Shown: one piece after another, positions 31,027-40,965 of the stretch
How the letters are laid out: each line of letters begins with the position of its first letter
Numbering within the stretch: position 1 is the first letter of the stretch
Notes under the pieces: generated by a model
The model's database searches: none
Told to the model about the DNA's origin: nothing
What the model saw: only the letters and a program-made list of their open reading frames with translations
DNA from: an uncultured Chloroflexia bacterium
GTDB taxonomy: Bacteria > Chloroflexota > Limnocylindria > Limnocylindrales > CSP1-4
Direction of reading: 5' to 3'
NCBI GenBank assembly: GCA_963833225.1
Contig: CAWHXD010000007.1
Location: 416,001 to 480,000 of the forward strand
DNA length: 64,000 bases
Translations under genes and position numbers: made by a program

Positions 31027-31371
31027 ATGTCACTTGACTGCCTGTTCTGCCGGATGGCCTCGGGAGAGATCCCGGTGGCCAAGGTGCACGAGGACGACCT
31101 CGTGTTCGCGATCCGGGACATCAACCCCCAGGCCCCGACCCACGTCCTGGTCATACCCGTTGCCCACGTCGGCTCGGCCGCGGAGCTGACTGGGGATGAC
31201 GGCGGGCTCCTCGGCCGGCTGTTCGAGACCGCGGCCCGGATCGCCCGCGAGGACGGCCTCGACGGCGGCTTCCGGCTCGTGATCAACACCGGACCGGACG
31301 GCGGCCAGACCGTGGCCCACCTCCACGTCCACCTGCTCGGTGGGCGGGCGATGGCCTGGCCCCCCGGATGA
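31027..31371 (+). CDS. HIT family nucleotide-binding protein
   Basis: DCLFC, DINPQAPTHVLVIP, HLHVH. Confidence 0.95.
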   Translation: MSLDCLFCRMASGEIPVAKVHEDDLVFAIRDINPQAPTHVLVIPVAHVGSAAELTGDDGGLLGRLFETAARIAREDGLDGGFRLVINTGPDGGQTVAHLHVHLLGGRAMAWPPG

Positions 31372-31982
31372 CGGACCCCACGCCGGTGGTCGACGCCAAC
31401 CCGGCGGCCGACACCAACCCGGCGACCGACGGCGGGCGGGGCGGCCCGCCGGCCTGGTTCACGTTTGCGGCCATCGGCAGCCTGATCGTCGCTGTCGGGA
31501 TCCTCGTGCTCGCGGTCATGGGCGTGGGCGTCGGCTTCCGGATCGCCGAGCCGACGATCGCTCCCACGGGCCAGGCGAGCGAGGTGACCCGGTCGCTCGT
31601 GGTCAGGGCGCTCCAGGCGGCGTCGTTCCAGGTCCAGGACCCGCTGGCCGGCTACCGCCCCGGCGAGAGCCCCGACCTGGTTCACGTTCCCCGCCGGCTC
31701 GTCCAGGTGGTGATGCCCGAAGACCCGGGCGCCGGCTTCGTGGTGATCTACGAGCTGCCGACCGCCGATGAGGCCGACCGGATCGGCGGCGCGTTCCTTC
31801 GCTACCTGGCGGGCGGCACCGGCGCCGTCCAGTACCCGCGGGATGCCCGGTTCGTCCTGCAACGCGTGGGCCCGACGCTGGTGTTCTACGCTTGGTCCGC
31901 CGAGGCGTCCCCCGATGCGCGTGTGGCCGAGCTGGCCGCGGCCCTGGAGACGGTTGGCAGCGCCGTGAGGCCGTCGCCGTGA
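31368..31982 (+). CDS. Membrane-anchored hypothetical protein
   Basis: One N-terminal TM helix; overlaps both neighbours. Confidence 0.75.
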   Translation: MTDPTPVVDANPAADTNPATDGGRGGPPAWFTFAAIGSLIVAVGILVLAVMGVGVGFRIAEPTIAPTGQASEVTRSLVVRALQAASFQVQDPLAGYRPGESPDLVHVPRRLVQVVMPEDPGAGFVVIYELPTADEADRIGGAFLRYLAGGTGAVQYPRDARFVLQRVGPTLVFYAWSAEASPDARVAELAAALETVGSAVRPSP

Positions 31983-32434
31983 ACCAGACGTTCCGAGCCA
32001 CGATCATCCAGACCGGCAAGACCGCGTGCGGCATCGAGGTCCCCGAGGCCGTGGTCGCGGCGCTCGGCGGGAGCAAGCGGCCGGCCGTGGTCGCGACGCT
32101 CGACGGCTACACGTACCGCAGCACCGTCGCGCCCATGGGCGGCGGGTGGTGGCTGGGCGTGAACTCGGAGCACCGCGAGGCCTCGGGCCTCAAGGCCGGC
32201 GACGAGGTCACCGTGACGCTGGCGCTCGACACGGCACCACGCGAGCTGGCCATTCCACCCGAGCTGGCAGCCGCGCTCGACGCCGCCCCGGATGCGAAGA
32301 TGTTCTTCGACGGCCTCTCGTACAGCAACAAGCGGGTGTTCACGCTGTCCGTCGAGGGAACCAGCAACCCCGAGACAAAGGCCCGGCGCGTGGTGAAGGC
32401 GATCTCCCTGATGCGCGAGGGCCGCGTCCGCTGA
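31979..32434 (+). CDS. DUF1905/YdeI-OmdA family protein
   Basis: GIEVP...YTYRSTV...FDGLSYSNKR...ETKARR. Confidence 0.85.
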   Translation: MNQTFRATIIQTGKTACGIEVPEAVVAALGGSKRPAVVATLDGYTYRSTVAPMGGGWWLGVNSEHREASGLKAGDEVTVTLALDTAPRELAIPPELAAALDAAPDAKMFFDGLSYSNKRVFTLSVEGTSNPETKARRVVKAISLMREGRVR

Positions 32435-32602
32435 TCGTGGTGGTCGCAGCCCGCCCGCGACTCACGTGGTGCGTCGCCGGGAGGGCCCGCACGCCGCCTG
32501 GAGGCACCGGGACGCGGATTGCACCCGCGACCTCGCACGGCGGATCGGTTTCCGACGCGCCACGTGAGTTGGGACCCGCAACGGCTCCCGCCAGCTGGCC
32601 GG

Positions 32603-34282
32603 CTACGCCCCGCTGTCCGGCAGCTGGGCGTCGACGGCGGCCCAGCTCCGGACCTCCGCCCGCTTCACCTTGAGCGTGTGCGTGCGTGGGAAATCCGGGG
32701 AGGGCCAGAGCCGCCAGCCGGCGATCCGCTGGTTGGGGCCCAGGGTCGCGTTGGCGGCCTTGACCGCGGCATCGATCTGGTGGCGGAGGCCATCCGCGGC
32801 GGCATCCCCGCCCGGCGTGGCATCCCCGCCCGGCGTGGCGCCGCGCGCCTCCGTCGCACTCGCGGGTGCATCCGGGGCAAGCACCACGACCTCGATCCGG
32901 CCCGGGCGGGTCTCGATGGCGACGGAGTCCCGGATCCCGGCGACCCGGAGTGCGTTCTCGATGTCCTCCGGGTACACGTTGAACCCGTTGGGCAGCACGA
33001 TGATGTCCTTCTTGCGCCCGTGGAGGTGGAGCCGGCCGCGCGCGTCGAGCTGCCCCAGGTCGCCCGACCGGTACCAGCCGTCCTCCGTCAGGGCCTCGGC
33101 GGTCGCCGCGGGGTTGTCCCAGTAGCCCTTGAACAGGGTCGGGCCGCGGAACTGGATCTCGCCGTCGTCCGCGATCCGCATCTCGACCGGCTTCGGGGGC
33201 CAGCCCACGCAGCCCGGCGGATGGTCGGCCATGGTGGTGCATGAACCGGCCGCGGTCTCCGTGGCGCCATACCCCTGGAGGACGATGACGCCAACGTCCT
33301 CCCAGGCCTGCTGGAGCGCGGGCGGGAGGAAGGCGCCGGCGGTCACGAGCAGCCGCAGCCCGCCGCCGAGCTTCTCGTGGACGCTCCGGAACAACCGGCG
33401 TCGGGCCCAGTAGGGGAGCCGGCGGGCGATCGTCCGCAGACGGGTGAACGACGCGGTCCGGCCCTGCTTCTCGACCTCACGCTCGATGGCGTTCCAGAAC
33501 AGCTCCACGACCTGCGGGACGAGGAGCATCGACGTGACGCGGTGCCCGGCGAGGCTGTCGAAGATCACGCGCGGGTTGCGAGACCGGACGTACAGGACGT
33601 CCGCGCCCACGTCCATCGCGTAGAACAGGCTGACGGCCTGCTCAAGGCTGTGCGACAGCGGCAGCAGCGAGACCAGCCGGTGCTCCATCGGCTTGATGAT
33701 CCCGTGGAAGCTCATCACGCCGGCGAGCGTGTTCTCATGGGCCAGCATCACGCCCTTGGGGCTGCCGGTGGTGCCGCTGGTGAACACCAGCTGGTAGATC
33801 TCGGCCGGCCCCGGGCGCTGCCAGGCGTCGAGCTGTGCCTCCCAGTCCGGCGGGAAGGTGTCGTCGGGGTCCTCGGAGAGCGATTCGATCGTGGTCGTCG
33901 GGAAGCGCTCCAGGCCGGCCTCGCGCGGGTCCGGGGCGTCGCGGCCGGTGCCCAGGAGCAGCCGTACCGCGCCCGAGACCGTGATGATGTTCGCGATGGC
34001 CTCGGGGCTCATCCGGGGGTCGAGGGGGACGTAGACCAGGCGGGCGATCATCGAGCCGTAGTAGGCGGCCGGCAGCGCGGGCGTCGACGGGGACCAGGTC
34101 AGGACGCGGTCGCCAGGCTGCAGCCCGAGGGCGCGCAGGCGCCACGCCGCCAGCCGGGCGCGGTACCGGACCTCCGTGTAGCTCCAGTGGAACGTCGTCC
34201 CGTCGTCGCGGCGGAGGCCAAGCGCGTTCCGGTCGCCGTACCGCCGGGCGCTCTGCTCCAGGAGGTCAAGCAGCGTGTCCAT
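32603..34282 (-). CDS. AMP-binding long-chain acyl-CoA synthetase-like protein
   Basis: FTSGTTGSPKG, QGYGATE, GRKKDIIV, PRTHTLKVKR. Confidence 0.92.
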   Translation of the reverse strand: MDTLLDLLEQSARRYGDRNALGLRRDDGTTFHWSYTEVRYRARLAAWRLRALGLQPGDRVLTWSPSTPALPAAYYGSMIARLVYVPLDPRMSPEAIANIITVSGAVRLLLGTGRDAPDPREAGLERFPTTTIESLSEDPDDTFPPDWEAQLDAWQRPGPAEIYQLVFTSGTTGSPKGVMLAHENTLAGVMSFHGIIKPMEHRLVSLLPLSHSLEQAVSLFYAMDVGADVLYVRSRNPRVIFDSLAGHRVTSMLLVPQVVELFWNAIEREVEKQGRTASFTRLRTIARRLPYWARRRLFRSVHEKLGGGLRLLVTAGAFLPPALQQAWEDVGVIVLQGYGATETAAGSCTTMADHPPGCVGWPPKPVEMRIADDGEIQFRGPTLFKGYWDNPAATAEALTEDGWYRSGDLGQLDARGRLHLHGRKKDIIVLPNGFNVYPEDIENALRVAGIRDSVAIETRPGRIEVVVLAPDAPASATEARGATPGGDATPGGDAAADGLRHQIDAAVKAANATLGPNQRIAGWRLWPSPDFPRTHTLKVKRAEVRSWAAVDAQLPDSGA

Positions 34283-34344
34283 GGTGGCCAGATCCTAGTG
34301 GGTGCCAGTGCCGGTGGCGAGGTCCGCCCGGCCGGTGAGGGACC

Positions 34345-35547
34345 TCATCCGACCGACGCGCTGACATGCCGCGTTTCGGGCAGGAGGGCGATGAACGGCA
34401 GCGCGAGCAGCGCGACGCCTGCCCCCGCGATCAGGGCGACCTGGAGCCCGATGACCTCCCCGAGGGCGCCGACCACGACCGTGCCGAGGGCGCTCGCCAT
34501 CGTGATCGCGAAGATGCTGAGTCCGACCGCGGCTCCCCGGTTGTCGGGCATCAGCTCCTGCATCAACACCAGTTGGACAGGCCCCGCGCTCAGCAGCACG
34601 ACACCGGCGAGCGCGAGCATCGCGAGCATCAGCGGCCCCACCGGCATCAAGAGCGCGAGGATCAGGAGCGGCGGACCGACGCCCGCGGCGATCGCGAGCA
34701 TCTGTCGACGACCGATCCGGTCCGACAGGGTGCCCCCGGCGAACGCCCCGATCGCGCCCCCAACCTCGAACGCGGTCACGGCGGCCCCCGCGAGGACGAG
34801 CCCCGCTCCGGACCGGGTGAGGTACGTGGGGATGAACACGAGCAGGCCGACGGTCGCCATCGAGATCATCGCGCTGGCAGCGGCGAGGAGCAGGAAGCCA
34901 CGGCGCGCCGATCGCAGCGCCGCCCGCATGGAGCCCGCGGGGTGCCGGACATGGATCGTCGGGCGGTTGGCGATGCGCAGGTAGAGGAGCACGGACACCG
35001 CGATCCCGGGCACGACGGCGATCCAGCTCATGCCGAGCCCCACGGCCGACAGCACCGCGGCGATGAGGACCGGCCCGGTGGCCCGCCCCGACTCGCCGCC
35101 GGCCATGAAGATGGAGGTCCCGCGGCCCCATCGCGTCCCGGCCGAGCGCGTGACCAGCGCGGCGGCGGCCGGGTGGAACACGGACGAGCTGACGCCGGCG
35201 AGCACCAGCAGCAGGGCGGCGACCGCCACTCCGGGCGCGAGGCCGAGGAGGCTGACCGCGATCGCGGTCGCGGCCGGGGCAAGGATGATCCAGTACCGGG
35301 TGTCGGCCCGGTCCGCCACGTACCCGAGGATGGGCTGTACCGCCGTCGCCAGGCGGAACGAGGCGGCCAGCAGCCCGGCCACCGCGAGGCTGATCCCAAG
35401 CTTGGGGATCAGCAGCGGCAGCAGGACGCCCACGAACGCTGGGTAGGCATCGTGGACGAGGTGGGCAGCCGACAGGGACAGGATCGTCGGGGTGTCGAAC
35501 GGTGCGGCGGTGGACGGGCGCGGCTCGTCGCTGGCGGGAGGGGTCAT
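34345..35547 (-). CDS. MFS transporter (Fsr-like)
   Basis: HLVHDAY, QPILGYVADR, SVFHP. Confidence 0.88.
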   Translation of the reverse strand: MTPPASDEPRPSTAAPFDTPTILSLSAAHLVHDAYPAFVGVLLPLLIPKLGISLAVAGLLAASFRLATAVQPILGYVADRADTRYWIILAPAATAIAVSLLGLAPGVAVAALLLVLAGVSSSVFHPAAAALVTRSAGTRWGRGTSIFMAGGESGRATGPVLIAAVLSAVGLGMSWIAVVPGIAVSVLLYLRIANRPTIHVRHPAGSMRAALRSARRGFLLLAAASAMISMATVGLLVFIPTYLTRSGAGLVLAGAAVTAFEVGGAIGAFAGGTLSDRIGRRQMLAIAAGVGPPLLILALLMPVGPLMLAMLALAGVVLLSAGPVQLVLMQELMPDNRGAAVGLSIFAITMASALGTVVVGALGEVIGLQVALIAGAGVALLALPFIALLPETRHVSASVG

Positions 35548-35734
35548 GGAGACCCCATTGTCGCGGTTGTGAAGGCCCGGCGAAGCCGCTCGCCCGCACC
35601 CGGCGCGTTTTGACCGCCCCCGCGGCGCCCGAGCGGCGCGCGGTCGCCCGACTGACGACCCTTGACCGGCAGGTAGGCGGCAGCGACGATGACCGAAGAA
35701 GGCGACGCCGTTGGCTTCACGAGGGGGTGACCGG

Positions 35735-36271
35735 ATGGACTGGGAACTGGTCAAGGCTCGGCGGCGCGGGTATGCGAAGGCTCACGGAGTCGGGGCGATC
35801 CTGGCGATGGTCGTCCTGACGATCTGGGCGGTGGCGACCGGGCCGAAGGTTGTCCATGCAAGCAGCCTCGTAGACCTCTACGCCCAATACGCTGATAGCC
35901 GGTCGTCGCTCGCCCTGACCGCGATAGCCTTGTGGCTGGGCTCGCTCGTGGTCGGGATCGCGGCGTGGCACCTGATGATCGAACGGCCTCGCTTCCGTGG
36001 CGTGACGGATCAGACCTGGTTCGGCGCCGACCGCTTGTTCGTGTTCGTCTCGATGCTCGTCACGCTGCTCATGCCGACCCTCGGGGCCGGAGTCACCATC
36101 ACGACGGTTCCTGACGAGGTGACGATGACGTTCGTGACCAACCCGGCTGGTGCAGCGCAGTTGGTCATCGCCGTGGCGGCAGTCCTGGCCTACTTCTACG
36201 CGGGCTCGCTTGCGCTGGCGGCTGACTGGGCGGAGGGACGTGCCGAAGCGAAGGGGACAGCCCCCGCCTGA
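35735..36271 (+). CDS. Membrane protein, hypothetical
   Basis: Four hydrophobic segments; G-rich RBS. Confidence 0.65.
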   Translation: MDWELVKARRRGYAKAHGVGAILAMVVLTIWAVATGPKVVHASSLVDLYAQYADSRSSLALTAIALWLGSLVVGIAAWHLMIERPRFRGVTDQTWFGADRLFVFVSMLVTLLMPTLGAGVTITTVPDEVTMTFVTNPAGAAQLVIAVAAVLAYFYAGSLALAADWAEGRAEAKGTAPA

Positions 36272-36407
36272 CACCTCCCCAGATCGTTGGTCGCGCGACG
36301 CGAACGGCGGGATGGCCCCCGGCTCTATGGCACGGTCGGGGTGGGACTACCTGACTGTGCCCGCAGCCGCTCCCTCGCTGGAGAACCTCCGCACGCACCC
36401 AGCGCGT

Positions 36408-36436
36408 TTGACCACCCCCCGGTGCCCGCGTACACT
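36408..36436 (+). promoter_or_regulatory. Sigma70-type promoter of rpsU
   Basis: TTGACC-17 nt-TACACT. Confidence 0.75.
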
Positions 36437-36561
36437 CCGGCGGCCTGCCGGCTGGCTTGGCGCGCGTTGTGCGCGCATGGTCGCCGGGACGCCATCCGCG
36501 CCGTCGGGCATCGCGCGTGGGAGGCGGGTACGAGACTCCTGCCCGAGGAGGTGAACCGGAT

Positions 36562-36747
36562 TTGGCCGAAGTCCGAGTGGGTGAGAACGAGACGTTCGAG
36601 AGCGCCCTCCGCCGCTTCAACAAGAAGATCCAGCAGAGCGGGATCCTTGCCGAGGCTCGTCGTCGTGAGCACTACGAGAAGCCGTCGGTGAAGCGCAAGC
36701 GGAAGGAAGCGAAGCGCAAGAAGAACGCGCGCGCGAGCCAGGGCTGA
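36562..36747 (+). CDS. rpsU: 30S ribosomal protein S21
   Basis: [15 protein letters not shown]...[13 protein letters not shown]; GAGGAGGTG RBS and TTG start. Confidence 0.97.
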   Translation: MAEVRVGENETFESALRRFNKKIQQSGILAEARRREHYEKPSVKRKRKEAKRKKNARASQG

Positions 36748-36921
36748 GCCTCCCGGGCACCGCGGCGGGTCGCATGACGATGACGCCGCCACGGTTCCCA
36801 CGGCCCACCCGAACGCGTCGAACCCGGGAACCCGTCCCAGAACCCACCGTCGGCGCAGCTCGCCGGCACGGAACGACGTCGGGGCACAACGACGACGCCG
36901 TGACGCCCGAGGAGCCATCCG

Positions 36922-37398
36922 GTGACCCTTCGCGAACGACTCCATGCCGACACGATCGCCGCGATGCGATCGCGTGATGCGCTGCGTCGCGACGTCCTGC
37001 GCATGGTGCAGAACTCGATCTACAACGTCGAGAAGAGCAAGCGGATCACGCTCTCGGACGAGGACCTCCTGGCGGTCCTGACGCGTGAGACGAAGACCCG
37101 CCGCGAGAGCGTCGAGGCCTTCCGCGGCGGCGGTCGCGAGGACCTGGCGGCGAAGGAGGAGGCCGAGATCGCCATCCTCGCCGAGTACCTCCCGGAGGGA
37201 TTGACCGAGGACGAGCTGCGAACGCTCGTCGACCAGGGCGTGGCCGAGACGGGGGCCGCCTCGGCGCGGGACCTTGGCAAGGTGATGGGCTGGCTGTCGC
37301 CGCGGATCCGCGGCCGTGCCGACGGCAAGGTCGCTGCCGGCCTCGTGGCGCAGGCGCTCGCCCGATCGGACCTGGCCGCACACGACACGGAGCATTGA
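36922..37398 (+). CDS. GatB/YqeY domain protein
   Basis: RRESVEAF...AEYLP...DLGKVMG...GRADG; follows rpsU. Confidence 0.93.
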   Translation: MTLRERLHADTIAAMRSRDALRRDVLRMVQNSIYNVEKSKRITLSDEDLLAVLTRETKTRRESVEAFRGGGREDLAAKEEAEIAILAEYLPEGLTEDELRTLVDQGVAETGAASARDLGKVMGWLSPRIRGRADGKVAAGLVAQALARSDLAAHDTEH

Positions 37399-37417
37399 CC
37401 ACCTTCGTCGGAGGGGC

Positions 37418-39592
37418 ATGACCATGCTCGCCACATCCGCGGAGCACACGAATCGCTTCACCCGCCGCGACGCGCTGCGCCTGATCCTGGCCTCCGTCCT
37501 GCTGGTCGCCGCGATGTCGCTGATCCTGGGCCTGGATTTCCTGCCCGCCCAGACGCAGCTCGAGGTCGACAAGCCCGCGCCGTCCAATGTCCAGGCACCG
37601 CGCGCCGGCCAGTACACCAGCGTCATCCTGACCGAGCAGCAGCGCCAGGCTGCCCGCGACGCCGTCGAGCCCCAGTACGACTACACGATCGAACGCGGCA
37701 CCGTCGTGGCCGCGGCCCAGCTGCGAGAGCTGGAGCGCAAGCTCGCCCCCATCGACTCCGCGTTCCGGCCGGAGGTCAACGCCGCCGACCGCACCCTGAT
37801 CCTCAGCTCGGTCCAGGTGGCTGGGCTTGGCGAAGACAATCGGGCCACCCTCGTCGGCCTGTCCGCCGCGCGCTGGGACGCCGTCCGCGCCGAGAGCTCC
37901 AGGGTGCTCGACACGGCGGAGCGGTCAGAGCTGCGCGACACGGAGGTCGCGCTGATGCGCGACGGCCTCGAGAGCCGGTTCGCGGGGGACCTCTCCTCGG
38001 CCGAGGTGTTGCTGGGCGCCTCGCTCATCCGCCCCCTGATCGTTCCGAACTCGTCGTTCTCCGAGGAGCTCACGGCGCAGGCACGCGACCGGGCCGCCGA
38101 GGGCGTGGCGGACGTCGTCAAGACGTGGCAGCGTGGCGAGACCATCGTCCGCAGCGGTGACCGCGTGGACGCGGTCGCGTTCGAGGCGATCGACTACTTC
38201 CGCCTCAACGAGGGCGGCCTCGACGTGGCCCGCCTGATCGGGTTCGTGATCCTCTCGATCCTGGTCATCGCGCTGATGCTCACCTGGATCTGGCGGTTCC
38301 GGCGGGAGTTCTGGCATCGCAACAACGTCCTGCTGCTCCTGAGCCTGCTGCTCCTGGTCGCGGTCTTCGCCCTCAAGCTGACGGCCGGCCGCGCCTGGCT
38401 CCCGTACGCCCTGCCGCTGGCCGCCGTGGGGATGCTGGTCACCGTGCTGCTCGACGCGGGCGTTGCCATGGTGCTCGCGGCGTTGATCGCGATCCTTGCC
38501 GCCACCGTCAACGGCGTGGCGGGGGGCAGCGCGGCGGGTCTCGAGCTGGCCGTCTACACGATGCTCGGCGGGGTGGCGGGGATCGTGGGCGTCCGTCGAG
38601 GCGACCGGCTCGCGGTGTTCGTGCAGGCGGGCGTCGGCGTGTTCGTGGTCCAGGCCCTCGCGGTGGGCGTGTTCGCCCTGCTGGGCGACCAGGACATCCG
38701 CGGCATCCTGGAGCTGGCGGCGGCTGCCGCCGTGTCGGCCGGTGGCGCCGCCGTGGCGGCTGTCGGCTCGTTCGCCGTCATCGGTTCGGTGTTCGGGATC
38801 GTGACCGTGTTCCAGCTCCTCGAGCTGGCCAACCCGTCGCAGCCGCTCCTGCGCCGCCTCCTCGTGGAGACGCCGGGCACATACCACCACAGCCTGATGG
38901 TGGGCAACCTGGCCGAACGCGCCGCGGAGGTCATCGGCGGAGATCCGCTGCTTGCCCGCGTCGCGGCGTACTACCACGACATCGGCAAGCTGGCCAACCC
39001 GGCGGCGTTCATCGAGAACCAGGCCGGGGGCGACAACGTCCACGACGAGCTGGACCCGGAGACCTCCGCGCAGCTCCTCAAGAGCCATGTGTCCGCGGGC
39101 ATCGACATTGCCTACAAGAACGGGCTGCCCAAGGCGCTCATCGCGTTCATCCCGCAGCACCACGGGACGGCGGTGATGTCCTTCTTCCACGCCCGGGCGC
39201 GGGAGCACGCCGCGGCACCGTACGGGGGCCTCGAGACGGCCGAGGGCCGCAAGGCCGCGGACGCGGTGGACGCCCGCAAGTTCCGGCACGGCGGGCCCAA
39301 GCCCCAGTCGCGCGAAGCCGCGATCATCATGCTCGCCGACTCCGTGGAGGCGTCCGTCCGCTCGCTGGCGTCGCGCGACGAGGCGGCGATCCGGGCGATG
39401 GTCGCGCGGATCATCGAGGAGCGGATCAGCGACGACCAGTTCGACGAGTGCGACCTCACGCTCCGGGACATCGAGCTGATCCGCGAGGCATTCGTGGCCC
39501 AGCTCCTTGGCATGTACCACCAGCGCGTCGCGTACCCGCAGAACAAGGTCGTGGAGCTGGAGTCGCGGCGAGCCTCCGGCGACGACACGTAG
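37418..39592 (+). CDS. 7TM-HD phosphohydrolase (PgpH-like)
   Basis: Extracellular domain, TM helices, PGTYHHS, YYHDIGK, QHHGT, MLADSVEA. Confidence 0.9.
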   Translation: MTMLATSAEHTNRFTRRDALRLILASVLLVAAMSLILGLDFLPAQTQLEVDKPAPSNVQAPRAGQYTSVILTEQQRQAARDAVEPQYDYTIERGTVVAAAQLRELERKLAPIDSAFRPEVNAADRTLILSSVQVAGLGEDNRATLVGLSAARWDAVRAESSRVLDTAERSELRDTEVALMRDGLESRFAGDLSSAEVLLGASLIRPLIVPNSSFSEELTAQARDRAAEGVADVVKTWQRGETIVRSGDRVDAVAFEAIDYFRLNEGGLDVARLIGFVILSILVIALMLTWIWRFRREFWHRNNVLLLLSLLLLVAVFALKLTAGRAWLPYALPLAAVGMLVTVLLDAGVAMVLAALIAILAATVNGVAGGSAAGLELAVYTMLGGVAGIVGVRRGDRLAVFVQAGVGVFVVQALAVGVFALLGDQDIRGILELAAAAAVSAGGAAVAAVGSFAVIGSVFGIVTVFQLLELANPSQPLLRRLLVETPGTYHHSLMVGNLAERAAEVIGGDPLLARVAAYYHDIGKLANPAAFIENQAGGDNVHDELDPETSAQLLKSHVSAGIDIAYKNGLPKALIAFIPQHHGTAVMSFFHARAREHAAAPYGGLETAEGRKAADAVDARKFRHGGPKPQSREAAIIMLADSVEASVRSLASRDEAAIRAMVARIIEERISDDQFDECDLTLRDIELIREAFVAQLLGMYHQRVAYPQNKVVELESRRASGDDT

Positions 39593-39599
39593 CCGCTGC

Positions 39600-40142
39600 A
39601 TGCGCAGCCACCACCTGGGGCCCTGGCGGATCGACATCGAGTGGCGGGATGGCGTCGGCCGTCTGCTGCCGGCCGACGGTGCTCGCCCGCGCGGCGGCGG
39701 CGGCGCTCGACGCTGGCGGGTGCACCCCAGCCCGCGAGCCTCGGTCTGATCCTTTCCGGACGACGCGGAGCTCGCGGAGCTCAATGCGGCCCACATGGGC
39801 AAGGACGGCCCGACCGACGTGCTGTCGTTCCCGCTCCTCCCACCCGGGACGTTCCCGCCGCACCCTGGCCGCGAGACGGGTGATCGCGCTGCCGCCGCGC
39901 CGTTCCCCCTCCCGCCCGGATCCCGGCAGCACCTCGGCGACATCGTGGTCTCCGTGGAGCGGGCGATCGACCAGGCATCCGAGGGCCGGGGCGGACAGAC
40001 GGGTGACGTGCACTGGGACGCCCGCGACGAGCTGCGGCTGCTGGTAACGCATGGGACCCTGCACGTGTGCGGCTGGGACCACGCCGAACCCGTGGAGGAG
40101 GCCGCGATGCGGTCCCTGGAGCGGGAGCTGCTCAGCCGCTGA
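39600..40142 (+). CDS. ybeY: rRNA maturation endonuclease YbeY (frameshifts near 39680-39760)
   Basis: PTDVLSFP, LGDIVVS, HGTLHVCGWDH. Confidence 0.88.
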
Positions 40143-40254
40143 GGCCGGCGGCCGGGCGTCCAGTCGAAGGCTCGGCGCGGTACCATGGCGCCAAGCCCCG
40201 TCGGACGCTGTCCCGGGGCCGTTCGCCGTGCTCGCCAGGAGACCCGAACCGCCC

Positions 40255-40965
40255 GTGAAGCTCATCGTCGGCCTGGGGAATCCGGGCTCCAAGTACGCGG
40301 AGACGCGCCACAACATCGGCTGGATGGTGCTCGACCGGATGGCCGACCGCGCCGGTCGCTCGGGCCGTGGTCGCAACCGCGACGCCTCGTCCACCATCGA
40401 GCTCCGGACGAACGGCCTGGAGCTGGTGCTGGCCAAGCCGCAGACCTACATGAACGACTCCGGGCGCGCGGTCCGCAAGCTCCTCGCGAGCTACCACGTG
40501 CCGCTCGTGGAGCTGCTGGTGGTGGCGGACGACTTCGCGCTGCCGTTTGGCAAGCTGCGCTTCCGCGAGGCCGGCACGCACGGCGGCCACAACGGGCTTC
40601 GCTCGATCATCGACGAGCTGGGAACGGAGAAGGTCTCCCGGCTGCGGATCGGGATCGGGGAGCCGGACCGGGGGGCGATCGACCACGTGCTCAGCCAGTT
40701 CTCCGCCGAGGAGCAGGCCCGGATGCCGATCCTGCTCGATGCGGCAGCCGACGCGGTGGAGGCATGGGCGCGCGAGGGGACGAGCAAGGCCGCCAACCGG
40801 TTCAACGCCTGGGAGCTCCAGTCGCCCGCCGCCGATGCCGATGGGCCCAAGCCCGGCGAGGTGGGTGGCCCGGCCGACGAGGGCGGAATCCGGCGGACCA
40901 AGACCGGCTGGCGCCGCATCCTCGGCGGCGGCGACGACCGCGAGGATGGCCGAGGTCACCGTTGA
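40255..40965 (+). CDS. pth: Peptidyl-tRNA hydrolase
   Basis: LIVGLGNPG, TRHNIG, KPQTYMNDSG, GGHNGLRS. Confidence 0.95.
   Translation: MKLIVGLGNPGSKYAETRHNIGWMVLDRMADRAGRSGRGRNRDASSTIELRTNGLELVLAKPQTYMNDSGRAVRKLLASYHVPLVELLVVADDFALPFGKLRFREAGTHGGHNGLRSIIDELGTEKVSRLRIGIGEPDRGAIDHVLSQFSAEEQARMPILLDAAADAVEAWAREGTSKAANRFNAWELQSPAADADGPKPGEVGGPADEGGIRRTKTGWRRILGGGDDREDGRGHR

Noticed and set aside
36272-36560. Possible tRNA or ncRNA upstream of rpsU
   Set aside because: No cloverleaf or recognisable RNA family; the region is explained by a promoter and 5' UTR.
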